Shown here: one piece after another, positions 48,517 to 58,983 of the stretch
Layout of the letters: each line of letters starts with the position of its first letter
How positions within the stretch are numbered: the stretch's first letter is position 1
DNA from: an uncultured Candidatus Rokubacteria bacterium
GTDB taxonomy: Bacteria > Methylomirabilota > Methylomirabilia > Rokubacteriales > CSP1-6
Length of the DNA stretch: 64,000 nucleotides
Direction of reading: 5' to 3'
NCBI GenBank assembly: GCA_963754315.1
Contig: CAVWFS010000005.1
Span: 197,936-261,935 of the forward strand
Translations under genes and position numbers: made by a program
The notes under the pieces: generated by a model
Databases searched by the model: none
What the model was told of the DNA's origin: nothing
The model's input: the letters and a program-made list of their open reading frames with translations, nothing else

Positions 48517-50070
48517 TTAGTGCCTCGCTCCGCTGGCAGCCTCGCTCATCTTCGCCAATGCCTGATCAATGGTGAAGCTCGCCGCCTTCTGGCGGGGCGG
48601 GAACTCCTTGAACGTCTCCAGGAACGGGAGCACGATTGCCTGCGCCGCTAATACCTGGGGGATGTGGTCCAGTAACCAGTCGTAGTAGGTGTTCGAGGTG
48701 ATGTCGGCTCGCTCGAACGGGTCGGTCCGCAGGTTAAAGAGCTTCGGGACCCGCAGCGGCACGAACGGCTCGGCCCAGATCCGCAGCGTCCCCTCAGCGC
48801 GCTGCTCCATGAACACGATTTTCCAGTTGTCGAAGCGCAGGGCAACCAAGTTGCCGTCGTCGTCAAAGTAGACGAATCCCTGGCGCGGGCTTTTCTTCAC
48901 CTCGCCGGTTAAATACGGCACCAAATTGTAGCCGTCGATATGCACTTTGAACGTTTTGCCTGCCGCCTGGTGTCCCTTCTTAAGCTTCTCGACGATGCCC
49001 GGCTCGCCGGCCATCGCGAGGAACGTCGGCAGCCAGTCGTGGTGCTGGACGATCTCGTTGGACACAACGCCCGCCGGGATCTTGCCCGGCCAGCGCACCA
49101 CCATTGGCACGCGGAAGGCGCCCTCCCAGTTGGTGTTCTTCTCGCTGCGGAAAGGCGTCATGGCGCCGTCGGGCCAGGTGTTCATGTGCGGCCCGTTGTC
49201 GGTGCTGTACATGACGAAGGTGTCGTTCGCGATGCCCAGCTCGTCCAGCAGGTTCAGTAACTCGCCCACGTTTTTGTCGTGGTCGATCATCGTGTCATGG
49301 TAGGGCGACTGCCACCGGCCAGCCTGTCCAATGCTCGAGGGTTTCGGATGGGTCCGAAGGTGCATGTGGGTGGTGTTCACCCAGCAGAAAAAGGGTTTAC
49401 CCGCTGCATGCTGGCGCTTGATCCAGTCCTTGGCGGCGCCGACGAACTCGTCGTCGCAGGTCTCCATGCGCTTCTTGGTGAGCGGGCCGGTGTCCTCGAT
49501 CTTCTGCTTGCCTACCCGGCCCCAGCGCGGCTCTTCGGTGGGGTCGTCGGTATCGGTCGCCCAGCTGTGCATCACGCCGCGAGGGCCAAAGCGTTCGCGA
49601 AAGTGAGGAAAGTCCTTCGGATTCGGGTAGTCGGGTAGCTCCGGTTCCTCTTCGGCGTTCAGGTGATACAGGTTGCCGAAAAACTCGTCGAAGCCGTGGG
49701 CGGTCGGCAGGTACTTGTTCTGGTCTCCCAGGTGGTTCTTGCCGAACTGGGCGGTGGCGTACCCGAGCGGCTTTAGCAGCTCGGCAATGGTCGGGTCCTC
49801 GGCCTGGAGTCCAATTGGTGAGCCAGGCACGCCGACCTTGGAGAGGCCGGTGCGGTAGACGCTCTGCCCGGTGATAAACGCGGAGCGGCCCGCTGTGCAG
49901 CTCTGCTCGCCGTAGCAGTCCGTGAACCTCATCCCCTCCTTCGCGATGCGGTCAATGTTGGGCGTCTGGTAGCCCATCATCCCGCCGCTGTAGCATGATA
50001 AGTTCCAGATGCCGATGTCATCCCCCCAGATGACGAGGATATTTGGCTTCTTTTGCGCTTGGGTTGCCAT
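48517..50070 (-). CDS. Arylsulfatase (Cys-type, no signal peptide)
   Basis: [27 protein letters not shown] and WEG.FRVP. Confidence 0.93.
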   Translation of the reverse strand: MATQAQKKPNILVIWGDDIGIWNLSCYSGGMMGYQTPNIDRIAKEGMRFTDCYGEQSCTAGRSAFITGQSVYRTGLSKVGVPGSPIGLQAEDPTIAELLKPLGYATAQFGKNHLGDQNKYLPTAHGFDEFFGNLYHLNAEEEPELPDYPNPKDFPHFRERFGPRGVMHSWATDTDDPTEEPRWGRVGKQKIEDTGPLTKKRMETCDDEFVGAAKDWIKRQHAAGKPFFCWVNTTHMHLRTHPKPSSIGQAGRWQSPYHDTMIDHDKNVGELLNLLDELGIANDTFVMYSTDNGPHMNTWPDGAMTPFRSEKNTNWEGAFRVPMVVRWPGKIPAGVVSNEIVQHHDWLPTFLAMAGEPGIVEKLKKGHQAAGKTFKVHIDGYNLVPYLTGEVKKSPRQGFVYFDDDGNLVALRFDNWKIVFMEQRAEGTLRIWAEPFVPLRVPKLFNLRTDPFERADITSNTYYDWLLDHIPQVLAAQAIVLPFLETFKEFPPRQKAASFTIDQALAKMSEAASGARH

Positions 50071-50114
50071 TTCATTCTCCTTTCAATTTTTGATTCCCTC
50101 AGCCCATCGTCTCT

Positions 50115-50559
50115 TTACGGCTCTCGCAAGAGCACAGCAGCAAAAGCAAAGATTCCGATCAGGATCAATACGACTGATACCGCGACGACCGGTGTGTGGT
50201 GAGCAAATTCATCAACCCCGGCAATCGGTTTGAAATCCTTCTCCCAGAGATAGCGAACCAGCGACCGGTACTCCCATACTGCGATAGTCAGCGCAACGAT
50301 ACCGGTTCCGATGAGCGCCAAGCCTAGAACCCAGGGCGTCCACGGATCGATCGGCCGGCTTAATGCCCGGTGTCTGGTTGAACCTGTGCAGAAACTGAAA
50401 AATCGTAAAGCCAAAGCCGATTAACGCTGTGGCCGTTCGCACCCAGGACATCAAGGTGCGCTCAATGCTCATACGCGTGCGCAGCCAGGCAAAATGCGAC
50501 GACACGTCCCCCTTGACTTCGAATCTGCTCGTCTCTTCGTTGGCTCTCTCGTCTGGCAT
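50115..50559 (-). CDS. DUF202/YidH family membrane protein (frameshift near 50350)
   Basis: RTRMSIERTLMSWVRTATALIGFGF, then TM helices in the shifted frame. Confidence 0.8.
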
Positions 50560-50658
50560 CGAACTCACTTCTATTTCTTTTCGAACTTGGTGTGCCCTTC
50601 GACTTCGCTCAGACCTCCTTACACCCTTCTGCAACTCTCCTGCAAGCCCCCCTTCGCG

Positions 50659-51426
50659 TCAAAGACCGGGGCTCTGCTGCATCATGCCGCCGTCCACGAT
50701 CAGCGTGGTCGAGGTCATGTAGCTCGACTGGTCGCTGGCCAGGAAGGCCACGACGCTCCCGATCTCCTCGGGCTTGGCCATGCGCCCGATCGGGATGGCG
50801 GCGTTGAGACGCTGCATCAGGGCGGGATCTTTCATCGTGACGAGGTTGATCGGCGTGGCCACCGCTCCGGGAGCCACACCGACGACCAGGATGTTGTGCG
50901 GCGCCAGCTCCACGCCGGCGGTGCGCGTCAGCATGCGCATGCCGCCCTTGGAGAGGCAGTAGGCGATGTTGCCGGGCATCGGCCAGTCCTCGTGGATCGA
51001 GCTGATGTTGATGATTCGCCCGCCGCCGCCCTGCTTCACCATCTGCTTGGCGGCGAGCTGGGTGCCGAAGAAGGCGCTCCTCAGGTTGATGCCGAGCACC
51101 CTCTCGTACTGCGCCTCCGTCGTGTCGAGCACGGAGGTGCGCGTCTCCACGCCGGCGTTGTTGACCATCACGTCGAGGCGGCCAAAGCGCTTGACGGTGG
51201 CGTCGACGAGGCGCTGCAGGTCGGCCACCTTGCTGACGTCGGCGTCGACGCCGATGACCTGGTCGCCGAGCGCGGCGACCTGCTTCTCGAGGGCCTCTGT
51301 CGCCTCCGGGTGGGCGACGTAGTCGATGACGAGGCTGGCGCCCTGGCGGGCCAGCTCGAGCACGATGGCCATGCCGATCCCGCTGTTACCGCCGGTGACG
51401 ATGGCGACCTTTCCCTTGACACTCAC
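50659..51426 (-). CDS. SDR oxidoreductase, glucose 1-dehydrogenase-like
   Basis: TGGNSGIG, NNAG, SSIHE..P and YCLSK. Confidence 0.9.
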   Translation of the reverse strand: MSVKGKVAIVTGGNSGIGMAIVLELARQGASLVIDYVAHPEATEALEKQVAALGDQVIGVDADVSKVADLQRLVDATVKRFGRLDVMVNNAGVETRTSVLDTTEAQYERVLGINLRSAFFGTQLAAKQMVKQGGGGRIINISSIHEDWPMPGNIAYCLSKGGMRMLTRTAGVELAPHNILVVGVAPGAVATPINLVTMKDPALMQRLNAAIPIGRMAKPEEIGSVVAFLASDQSSYMTSTTLIVDGGMMQQSPGL

Positions 51427-51468
51427 GGCACGTCCTCCTTGGCAGGATGCGGGACACGCACCCCGCGG

Positions 51469-53022
51469 TTACTTGATTCGCTGGAGCAGGTGGTCGCCGA
51501 CGCGGAGCGCGTTGGCCATCGCCGTCAGCGCGGGGTTCACCGCGCCGATGCTCGGGAAGAAGCTCGTGTCGACGACGTAGAGGTTGTCGAGCTCGTGCGC
51601 CTTGCAGTTGGAGTCGAGCACCGACGTCGTGGGATCGGTGCCGAATCGGCAGGTGCCCGCCTGGTGCGCCACGCCGCCGATGCCGATCTCGTTCTTCATG
51701 TAGAGGTTCCGCGGGATGAGGTGGTGGGGATCCATCCCGAGGCTGTTCAGCATCGACTTGAGCTTCGCGTAGAGCTGCTGCTTCGGGACCTGGTTGTTGA
51801 GCGTGTACGAGAGGTGGATGTTCCCGTCGCGGTCGACGGTGACGCGGTTGTCCGGCCTCGGCAGGTCCTCGGTGGACAGCCAGAAGTCCACGGCGTGGCG
51901 GGCGAGGGTGTCGAGCGACCACATCGGGGCGAGCCCCGCCTCGAGCGGCTTCTCCCCCTTGTACATCGGTCCCTGCGACTTGCCCACCATCTGGATATTG
52001 CCCATCGGGTACTCGAAGCCCTTCATGCCGAAGTAGAAGTCGTTCAGCCCGAGGGTCTTCTGGTACTTGGTCGGGTTCGGCTCGCGCGAGACGGCGAGGA
52101 CGGCGGCGCTGTTGTGGAACATGTAGTTGCGCCCGACCTGGTCCGACCCGTTGGCGAGCCCGCGCGGGTGCTTGTCGTTCGCGGACTGGAGCAGCAGCTT
52201 GGCGGAGTTGGCCGCGCCGCACGAGACGACCACGATGCCGGCGGTGTACGTCACCGGCTCGCCCTTGTGGCGCGCCACGACCTCCGTCACCGCGGTGCCG
52301 GCGGCGTTGGTCCGGAGCTCCGTCACCTGCGCGTCGGTGACCAGCGTGAGGTTCTTGTACTGGAGCGCCGGGCGGACGGCCAGCACCTCGGCGTCCGACT
52401 TCGCGTGCACGAGGCAGGGGAAGCCGTCGCAGTCCGCGCAGCGCACGCAGGGGCTCCACGGCATGTCGGCCTCGTTCAGCATGATGCCGCACGGCGAGTG
52501 AAACGGCCGGTAGCCGGCGCGCGCGAGATCGTCGTGGAGCTGCTGGATGCGCGGCTCGTGGGACACCGCGGGGTAGGGATACGGCGCGCTGGACGGCGGC
52601 TCCGTCGGATCCTCGCCGCGGGCGCCGTGGACCTGGTACTGCTGCTCGGCCTTCGTGTAGTACGGCTCCATCGCCTCGTAGCTGATGGGCCACGCCGGCG
52701 AGAGGCCATCGTGGTGGCGCACCTCCCCGAAGTCCTCCCGGCGCAGCCGGTACAGGGCGGCGCCGTACAGCTTGGTCGCGCCGCCGACGTAGTAGTGCAC
52801 GCCCGGCTGAAACGGCTTGCCGTCCCGGTCGTACCAGGTGTCCTTCGAGACATAGCGATTGTCGATGAACACCTGGGCGGAGTCCCAGTTCTCGGGCTCG
52901 CGAGGCAGCCAGCCGCCGCGCTCGATGAGCAGGATGCGCTTGCCCGACGGGGCCAGGTGCCGGGCCAGGGTGCCGCCGCCGGCCCCGCTGCCGATGATGA
53001 TGACGTCGTACGGTGTGGCCAT
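51469..53022 (-). CDS. GMC family oxidoreductase
   Basis: GSGAGG, GGAT, VGRNYM.H, HQAGTCRFG and NPALT..ANA. Confidence 0.9.
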   Translation of the reverse strand: MATPYDVIIIGSGAGGGTLARHLAPSGKRILLIERGGWLPREPENWDSAQVFIDNRYVSKDTWYDRDGKPFQPGVHYYVGGATKLYGAALYRLRREDFGEVRHHDGLSPAWPISYEAMEPYYTKAEQQYQVHGARGEDPTEPPSSAPYPYPAVSHEPRIQQLHDDLARAGYRPFHSPCGIMLNEADMPWSPCVRCADCDGFPCLVHAKSDAEVLAVRPALQYKNLTLVTDAQVTELRTNAAGTAVTEVVARHKGEPVTYTAGIVVVSCGAANSAKLLLQSANDKHPRGLANGSDQVGRNYMFHNSAAVLAVSREPNPTKYQKTLGLNDFYFGMKGFEYPMGNIQMVGKSQGPMYKGEKPLEAGLAPMWSLDTLARHAVDFWLSTEDLPRPDNRVTVDRDGNIHLSYTLNNQVPKQQLYAKLKSMLNSLGMDPHHLIPRNLYMKNEIGIGGVAHQAGTCRFGTDPTTSVLDSNCKAHELDNLYVVDTSFFPSIGAVNPALTAMANALRVGDHLLQRIK

Positions 53023-53134
53023 CGTCGTGTCCTCCTCAGGCCCGGCCCGCGATCAGGATGACCGACGAGCGGGCTTCGAGCCGGTACTCATTATGATCCG
53101 GCGGCAGCGGTGATAGGAGCGCCCAGGGGCTGTC

Positions 53135-55800
53135 TCAGACACCGCGGCCGCGTCCTCCGTACTCGAACAGGAGCGCGGCGACCAGGGCCGTCCACCCCGT
53201 CTGATGGCTCGCCCCGAGGCCGGCGCCGGTATCGCCGTTGAAGTACTCGTGGAACGGCGTGCAGTCGCGCCAGTGCGGGTCGGTCTGGAAGTATGTGTTG
53301 TCTCCCCAGACGGGCCGCCGCCCGCCGCGCCCGGGATCGGGCAGGAAGATCGAGACGAGGCGCCCGGCGATGTCGGCGCCGACCTGCTCGAGCGTGCGCC
53401 AGCGACCAGAGCCCGTGGGGCATTCCACCTTGAGGCGGTCTCCGTGGTAGCGGCCGAACTCGTGGAGCGACCGCACGATCACGTAGTTCACCGGGAACCA
53501 GATCGGGCCCCGCCAGTTCGAGTTGCCGCCGAAGAGGCGGTTGTCCGATTCCGCCGGGAGGTACTTGACCTCGAACTGCTGGCCGGCCGCCGTGAACACG
53601 TACGGGTGCGCGAGGTGATGGCGCGATACCGACCGGATCCCGTAGTCGGACAAGAACTCCGCCGGGTCGAGCATCCGCCGGAGGACGGCCAGCAGCCGCT
53701 CGGCCCCGAGCACCGAGAGGAGCTGAGTCGCGCCATCTCCGGGCACGCCCACCGGCGCCACGTTCTTGAGCAGGCTCGGCCGCCTGTCGATGAAGTCCTT
53801 GGCGCGGGCGATGAAGCGATCGAGGCCCGCCGTCTCCGCGGGCAGGAGCACGTGCACGGCGAAGAGCGGCACCAGGCCCACCATCGAGCGCGTCTTGATC
53901 GGGATGTTCTTTCTCGACGTCAGGTGCACGACGTCGTAGAAGAACTGGTCCTCGTCGTCCCAGAGGTCGATCCCCGCGCCGTCCATGTTGGTCATGGCGT
54001 GGGCGATGTAGAGGAAGTGCTCGAAGAACCGGATGGACGAGTTCTGATAGACCGGGTCGTGGCGGCCGAGCTCGTCGGCGATGCTGAGCATCGTGAGGCA
54101 GAAGCGCGCCATCCAGCTGGTGCCGTCGCTCTGCTCGAGCAGGCCGCCGTCGGGCAGCGGCTTGTCGCGGTCGAAGCACTCGATGTTGTCCATGCCGAGG
54201 AACCCGCCCCCGAACACGTCGCGGCCGCTCGCGTCCTTCCGGTTGACCCAGAAGTTGAAGCACAGGAGCTCGCAGTCGAACATCTGGCGCAGGAACTCGA
54301 GGTCGCCGCGGCCGGTGCGGTCGCGCTCGATGCGGTAGACCTGCCACGCCGCCCAGCCCAGGAGCGGCGGGTTCACGTCGTCGAAGTCCCACTCGTAGGC
54401 GGGGAACTGCCCGCTGACGTTCTGGTAGCCGGCGTCGCCCATGAGCAGGAGCTGCGCCTTGGCGAACGCCGGATCGATGTAGGCCATGGCCACGCAGTGA
54501 AAGGCGAGGTCCCACGAGGCGTACCACGGGTACTCCCACTTGTCGGGCATGAGGATCACGTGGGAGTTGAGCAGGGCCTTCCACTTCCGGTTGCGCCCGT
54601 GCCAGCGCTCCGGCGGCGGCGCCGGCTGGGAGGGATCGCCGAGGAGCCACTTGTACACGTCGTAGTGATAGAACTGCTTCGTCCAGAGGAGCCCCGCGAG
54701 GGCCTGGCGCTGGATCTTCCGCTCCTCGGCGTCGAGGCTTGGCGGATGGAGGGCGGCGTAGAAGGCGTCGGCCTCGGAGGCGCGGAGCGCCATCACCGCG
54801 GCGAAGTCGCCGAAGGGGTCGTCGTGCGGCTCGGCGCAGAAGCGGACCGCCACCGAGAACGAGGCCCCGGGGGCCAGCACGGTGTGGGCGTGGCCGGCGA
54901 GCTTGCTGCCCCGCTGCGAGGTCACGGCGCCGGCGTTGCCGTGGACCACGGCCTGGTCGATCCCGTCCTTCACGTAGGGCTCCGGATTGGGCGCGCCGAA
55001 GAGCCGCTGGCGGTTGGTCTCGTTCTCGGTGAAGAGGAGCTCGACGGGGTTGCCGCCGGCGCGCGCGTACCACCAGCGCTCGCCGATCAGGTCGTGCGAC
55101 GTGTGGGCCGCGCCGGGCCCGACGCGCTGGATCACCCGCCGCTCGCCGTCCAGCCGCCACGACCACGTGTTGCGGTACCAGAGATGGGGCAGGACGTGGA
55201 TCGGCGCGGGCTGGGGACCGCGATTGACCACCGTGATGTGGCAGAGGATGTCCTCGGGGTTCGCCTTGGCGTACTCGACGAACACGTCGAAGTACCGATT
55301 GGCGGTGAATACGTCGGGCATGGCATCGAACAGCTCGAACTCCGGCTGCCCCTGGCCTCGCGCTCGGTTGGTCTCGACGAGCGCCTCGTACGGGAAGGCG
55401 ACCTGCGGATACTTGTAGACCATTTTCATGTAGGAGTGCGTCGGCGTGCCGTCGAGGTGGAAGTAGTACTCCTTCACGTCCTCGCCGTGGTTGCCCTCCT
55501 GATTGCTGAGCCCGAACGGGCGCTCCTTCAGGAACGCGTCCTTCTCGTTCCACAGCGCGACGGCGAGGCAGATGGTCTGCCGGTCGTCGCAGAATCCGGC
55601 GAGGCCGTCCTCGCTCCAGCGATACGCCCGGCTCCGCGCGTGGTCGTGCGGGAAATAGTTCCAGGCGTCTCCGCCCGCGCTGTAGTCCTCTCGCACGGTG
55701 CCCCACGCGCGATCGCTGACGTACGGTCCCCAGCGCCGCCATTCGCCCTTGCCCGCCGCCTGCTCCTCGAGACGCGCGTCCTCAGCGGTGCCGCTCCCGC
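53135..55800 (-). CDS. GH63/MGH1-like glycoside hydrolase
   Basis: WRRWGPYVSDRAWGTVREDYS (upstream of the ORF-track start), MPDKWEYPW, GGFLGMDNI, NSNWRGPIW and GLGASHQTGWT. Start uncertain. Confidence 0.88.
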
Positions 55801-56297
55801 CACCTGGGACCGCGGTGCTCGGGGGCGGAGCGGCGGAGCTGCGGCGGGCCGCCGCGCGCCGCTCCTCGGGCGCTTGGCCGCCGGCGGATCGGCCGAGCGC
55901 GGAGCCGGCGGGGCATCCGCAGGGCGCGCCGTGCGGCCATCGGGTCCATTCGCGAGCGATGCGCGATCTGGAGTCATCTCGAGCGAGAGCCTTTCACCTC
56001 CCGCGCGTGCGAAGACGGCGAGGGGATGGAGACGTGATTGGGTCCAGGGTCAAGCGAGCCGTCACCCCGCTGTCTTGGTGCTCGCCGGGAGTGGCGGACG
56101 CGAAAACTGCGCGCGAGATTCGGAGCCCAGAGCTCTTGAACACGAGCCAGAGCAGGACGAGGGCGAACGCCGCGGATCCCGGCACCCGCGCTCAGCAGGG
56201 CGCTGGTCCCGTCCGTCCCTGGTCCCCGTCAGTCGCATATAAGGGTTAGGCTTGGATCTTACTTGACACACAAGCTGGTTCATGGCATCCTCGGGGC

Positions 56298-57264
56298 ATG
56301 GACAAGACAGCCGCCGTGCCCGAGACCCTGGTAGAAGCGATCCGCTACTTCTCCGACCCCGACAAGGCCTCGCCTTCATGGTCGAGCTGCGCTGGCCGGA
56401 CGGCGTCACCTGCCCGACGTGCGGGAGCCGGCATGTCTCGTTCATCTCGACCCGCCGCGTCTGGACGTGCCGCGAGAGCACCCGCGCAAGCAGTTCTCCG
56501 TCAAGGTCGGAACCATCTTCGAGGATTCGCCGATCGGCCTGGACAAGTGGTTCGCGGCCATGTGGATGATCGTCAGCGCCAAGAACGGCATCAGCTCCTA
56601 CGAAGTCGCGCGCGGGCATCGGCGTGACCCAGAAGACCGCGTGGTTCATGCTCCACCGCATCCGGCTCGCCATGCAGCGCGGCACCTTCGACAAGTTCGC
56701 CGGCGACGTCGAGGTGGACGAGACCTTCATCGGCGGCAAGGCCCGCTACATGCACGCGCACAAGCGCGCCGCAGAAGATCACCGGCACGGGCGGCAAGGA
56801 TAAGACCGCCGTCATGGGGCTGCTGGAGCGCCACGGGCCGGACGGGCACAGTCGCGTCCGCGTCAAGCATGTCGCGAACACTCGGCGCGAGACGCTGGCC
56901 CCCGAGGTCCGCCAGCACGTCGAGCCCGGCTCGAACGTCTACACCGATGCGCTCCCGTCCTACGACGGGCTCGCCGACGGTACGTCCACGGGGTCATCGA
57001 CCACGCCGAGACCTACGTGCGGGGAAGGTCCACACCAACGGGCTGGAGAACTTCTGGTCGCTGCTCAAGCGGTGCATCAAGGGCACCTACGTGAGCGTCG
57101 AGCCCTTCCATCTGTTCCGCTACCTGGACGAGGAGGCGTACCGGTTCAACACCCGCAAGGTGAAGGACGGCACGCGCTTCGTGGATACGCTCCGCGCCGT
57201 CGTCGGGAAGCGCGTCACCTACAAGGCGCTCACTGGCAAGGACATGCTCCCGGCTACGACGTGA
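56298..57264 (+). CDS. IS1595-family (ISXO2-like) transposase, multiply frameshifted
   Basis: LRWPDG..CP.CG zinc ribbon, FSVKVGTIFEDS, VEVDETFIGG, VYTD, HTNGLENFWSLLKR and YLDE..YRFN. Confidence 0.88.
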
Positions 57265-57296
57265 GGGTAAGCCGCGAGAGCGGAGGGGGAAGCGCG

Positions 57297-57464
57297 ATGG
57301 CAAAGCACGCTGAGACGGCGCGACCGCCGACGCCATGGGAGAAGTTCGTCTCCCTGGCGCGCAAGGTCGTGCAGACGCCGAAAGCGGAAGTGGACAAGCG
57401 GGAGCGTGAGTGGAGACGCAAGCGTCGAAAGCGTCGGAAGGGCGACGCCGCGTCGGCCAGCTAA
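57297..57464 (+). CDS. Small basic passenger protein
   Basis: GGAGG RBS. MAKHAETARPPTPWEKFVSLARKVVQTPKAEVDKREREWRRKRRKRR. Confidence 0.55.
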   Translation: MAKHAETARPPTPWEKFVSLARKVVQTPKAEVDKREREWRRKRRKRRKGDAASAS

Positions 57465-57544
57465 CCATTAATGCCCTCAGTCTGACTCAGAAACAAGATT
57501 CGGTTGGAAAGATTGTCCTGTCGTCGCCGAGTAGACAGCCATTC

Positions 57545-58353
57545 TTCTAACTATCTCGGTAACCTCCTGTGCGCCCGGCCCAACGACGCGCCCTGGAAAT
57601 CAAATCCATGCAGTAATCGCGCGTGTAATACTCAAAGCGGAATCGGCGGGTGTCCATCAGCGCGCCCATGGACAGCCTCATCGGGCGCTCTACCAGCCGA
57701 TCTCATTGTCGAGATGCTTCATGGCTTCACGCGCGATGAGGTCGGCCATCTGAATCTCTGGCGTCTCTCTGGTCGCTGAACTCCGTTGCACCATACCACT
57801 AAGCACTCACCAGACGGCCAGTCTGGGCCGTTGGCCATGTAGGTATAGAGCCTGTGCGCGTTGTACTCGGTCTCTAGCTTTCTGTCGAAGGTGAATTTGA
57901 CCCGCCGTCTCGGGGATCGAGAGGCAGCCAATACGGCCGAAGTAAATGACCACCTCAGAAAAGCACTTGTGATATGCGCTCTCCTCAACAGAGATCTCAG
58001 CTTGACGCAGGGCATCCCTCCACCCCTGAATGTCTATTGCCGCACCGAAGCCCATTAGAGGCGATTTAGCCAGAATCCGGGTGAGGTCGGCATATAGCCG
58101 CATATTCTCTTCGATGTAGGCTCCCTCCGCTCCTGGCATGCTCGGTCTCGCATTCGACGACGAGGTGGAACCACCTTCCCGCCGGTCCGCTCGACCCATT
58201 GCGCCTTCGTCGCCTCCATTCCTTCGGCTCGCCCAGGAGCCCGGCAACGGCAAACACTCTCTCTTGGCGCTCGTCAGAGCTCTCGTCGCCATAGACCTGT
58301 AACGGCGGGCGGTCAATTGAGCGTCGTCACGATCGGAACCAACCAATAGTCAT
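57545..58353 (-). pseudogene. DUF3800-like (RNase H-like fold) protein, frameshifted
   Basis: VYGDESSD...FAVAG, FTFDR and IQMADLIARE across frames. Visibly lower GC. Confidence 0.6.
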
Positions 58354-58532
58354 AGGCACTCCCCCCTTGACTCACCATGGTCAGGCATCCCGGCAGTGAG
58401 AATCACGTAAGTTAGTACCCATATAAGGTGCCAGCATGGTCACCCAGGACCCCGATGCCACAGCTTCGCGATGCTCATCGAAGTCGGACCGAGTCTAGAT
58501 GGTTCCTCCCCCGCCGCTAGGGGACTTTGGCC

Positions 58533-58655
58533 CTACAGCCAGCGAAGCCGGCCGCTCGAGCTCAGCGTCTTGTTGTAGCCCGAATCCACGACCTGAAGGT
58601 CGAGGGCCATGTTGAGCCAGGGCGTGATCGCCGCATTGTAGTACATCTCGACCGC
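58533..58655 (-). pseudogene. OprB-like carbohydrate porin C-terminal remnant
   Basis: AVEMYYNAAITPWLNMALDLQVV. Confidence 0.55.
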
Positions 58656-58983
58656 GTCTCTCCCCGCCAGGTCCTCAACGACTGGTCCCTGATGCACCGC
58701 AAGGGCGCTGGCCAGGACGACTTCGGGGGCTATCGGTTCCAGCTCGCCTACATACCCTACGCACTCGCACTCACCCACGTCCACCGCTGCCCGCCGCGCC
58801 TGGCGTCTCAGGGGGACTGCACGTCGGGGAGAGGACGCACTGGTGTGAACGGGGGGCGGACCTTGCCGACCGTCGTGTCGGTCTTGAGCAAACCCATCAC
58901 GACTCGGCGACGTTCAGCCTCAGCGACCCCTTGGACGCCCTTGGCGTCCAACGTCTACCGCGTATCCCTGACCGAAACGATTT

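Larger units (their letters stand above)
56244..58419 (+). mobile_element. IS1595-family element with passenger genes, flanked by 8-bp direct repeat CATATAAG
   Basis: CATATAAG at 56236-56243 and 58420-58427. Encloses the transposase and cargo. Terminal inverted repeats are weak. Confidence 0.65.

Noticed and set aside
50595..50613. CCCTTCGACTTCGCTCAG, reminiscent of a REP-like half-site
   Set aside because: Only one partial copy and no inverted partner in the window.
53204..56242. 1012-aa plus-strand ORF (likewise 50494-53061, 42089-43783, 29563-31272, 61819-63213, 8730-10232)
   Set aside because: Antisense shadows of well-supported minus-strand genes, typical of high-GC codon bias. No motifs.
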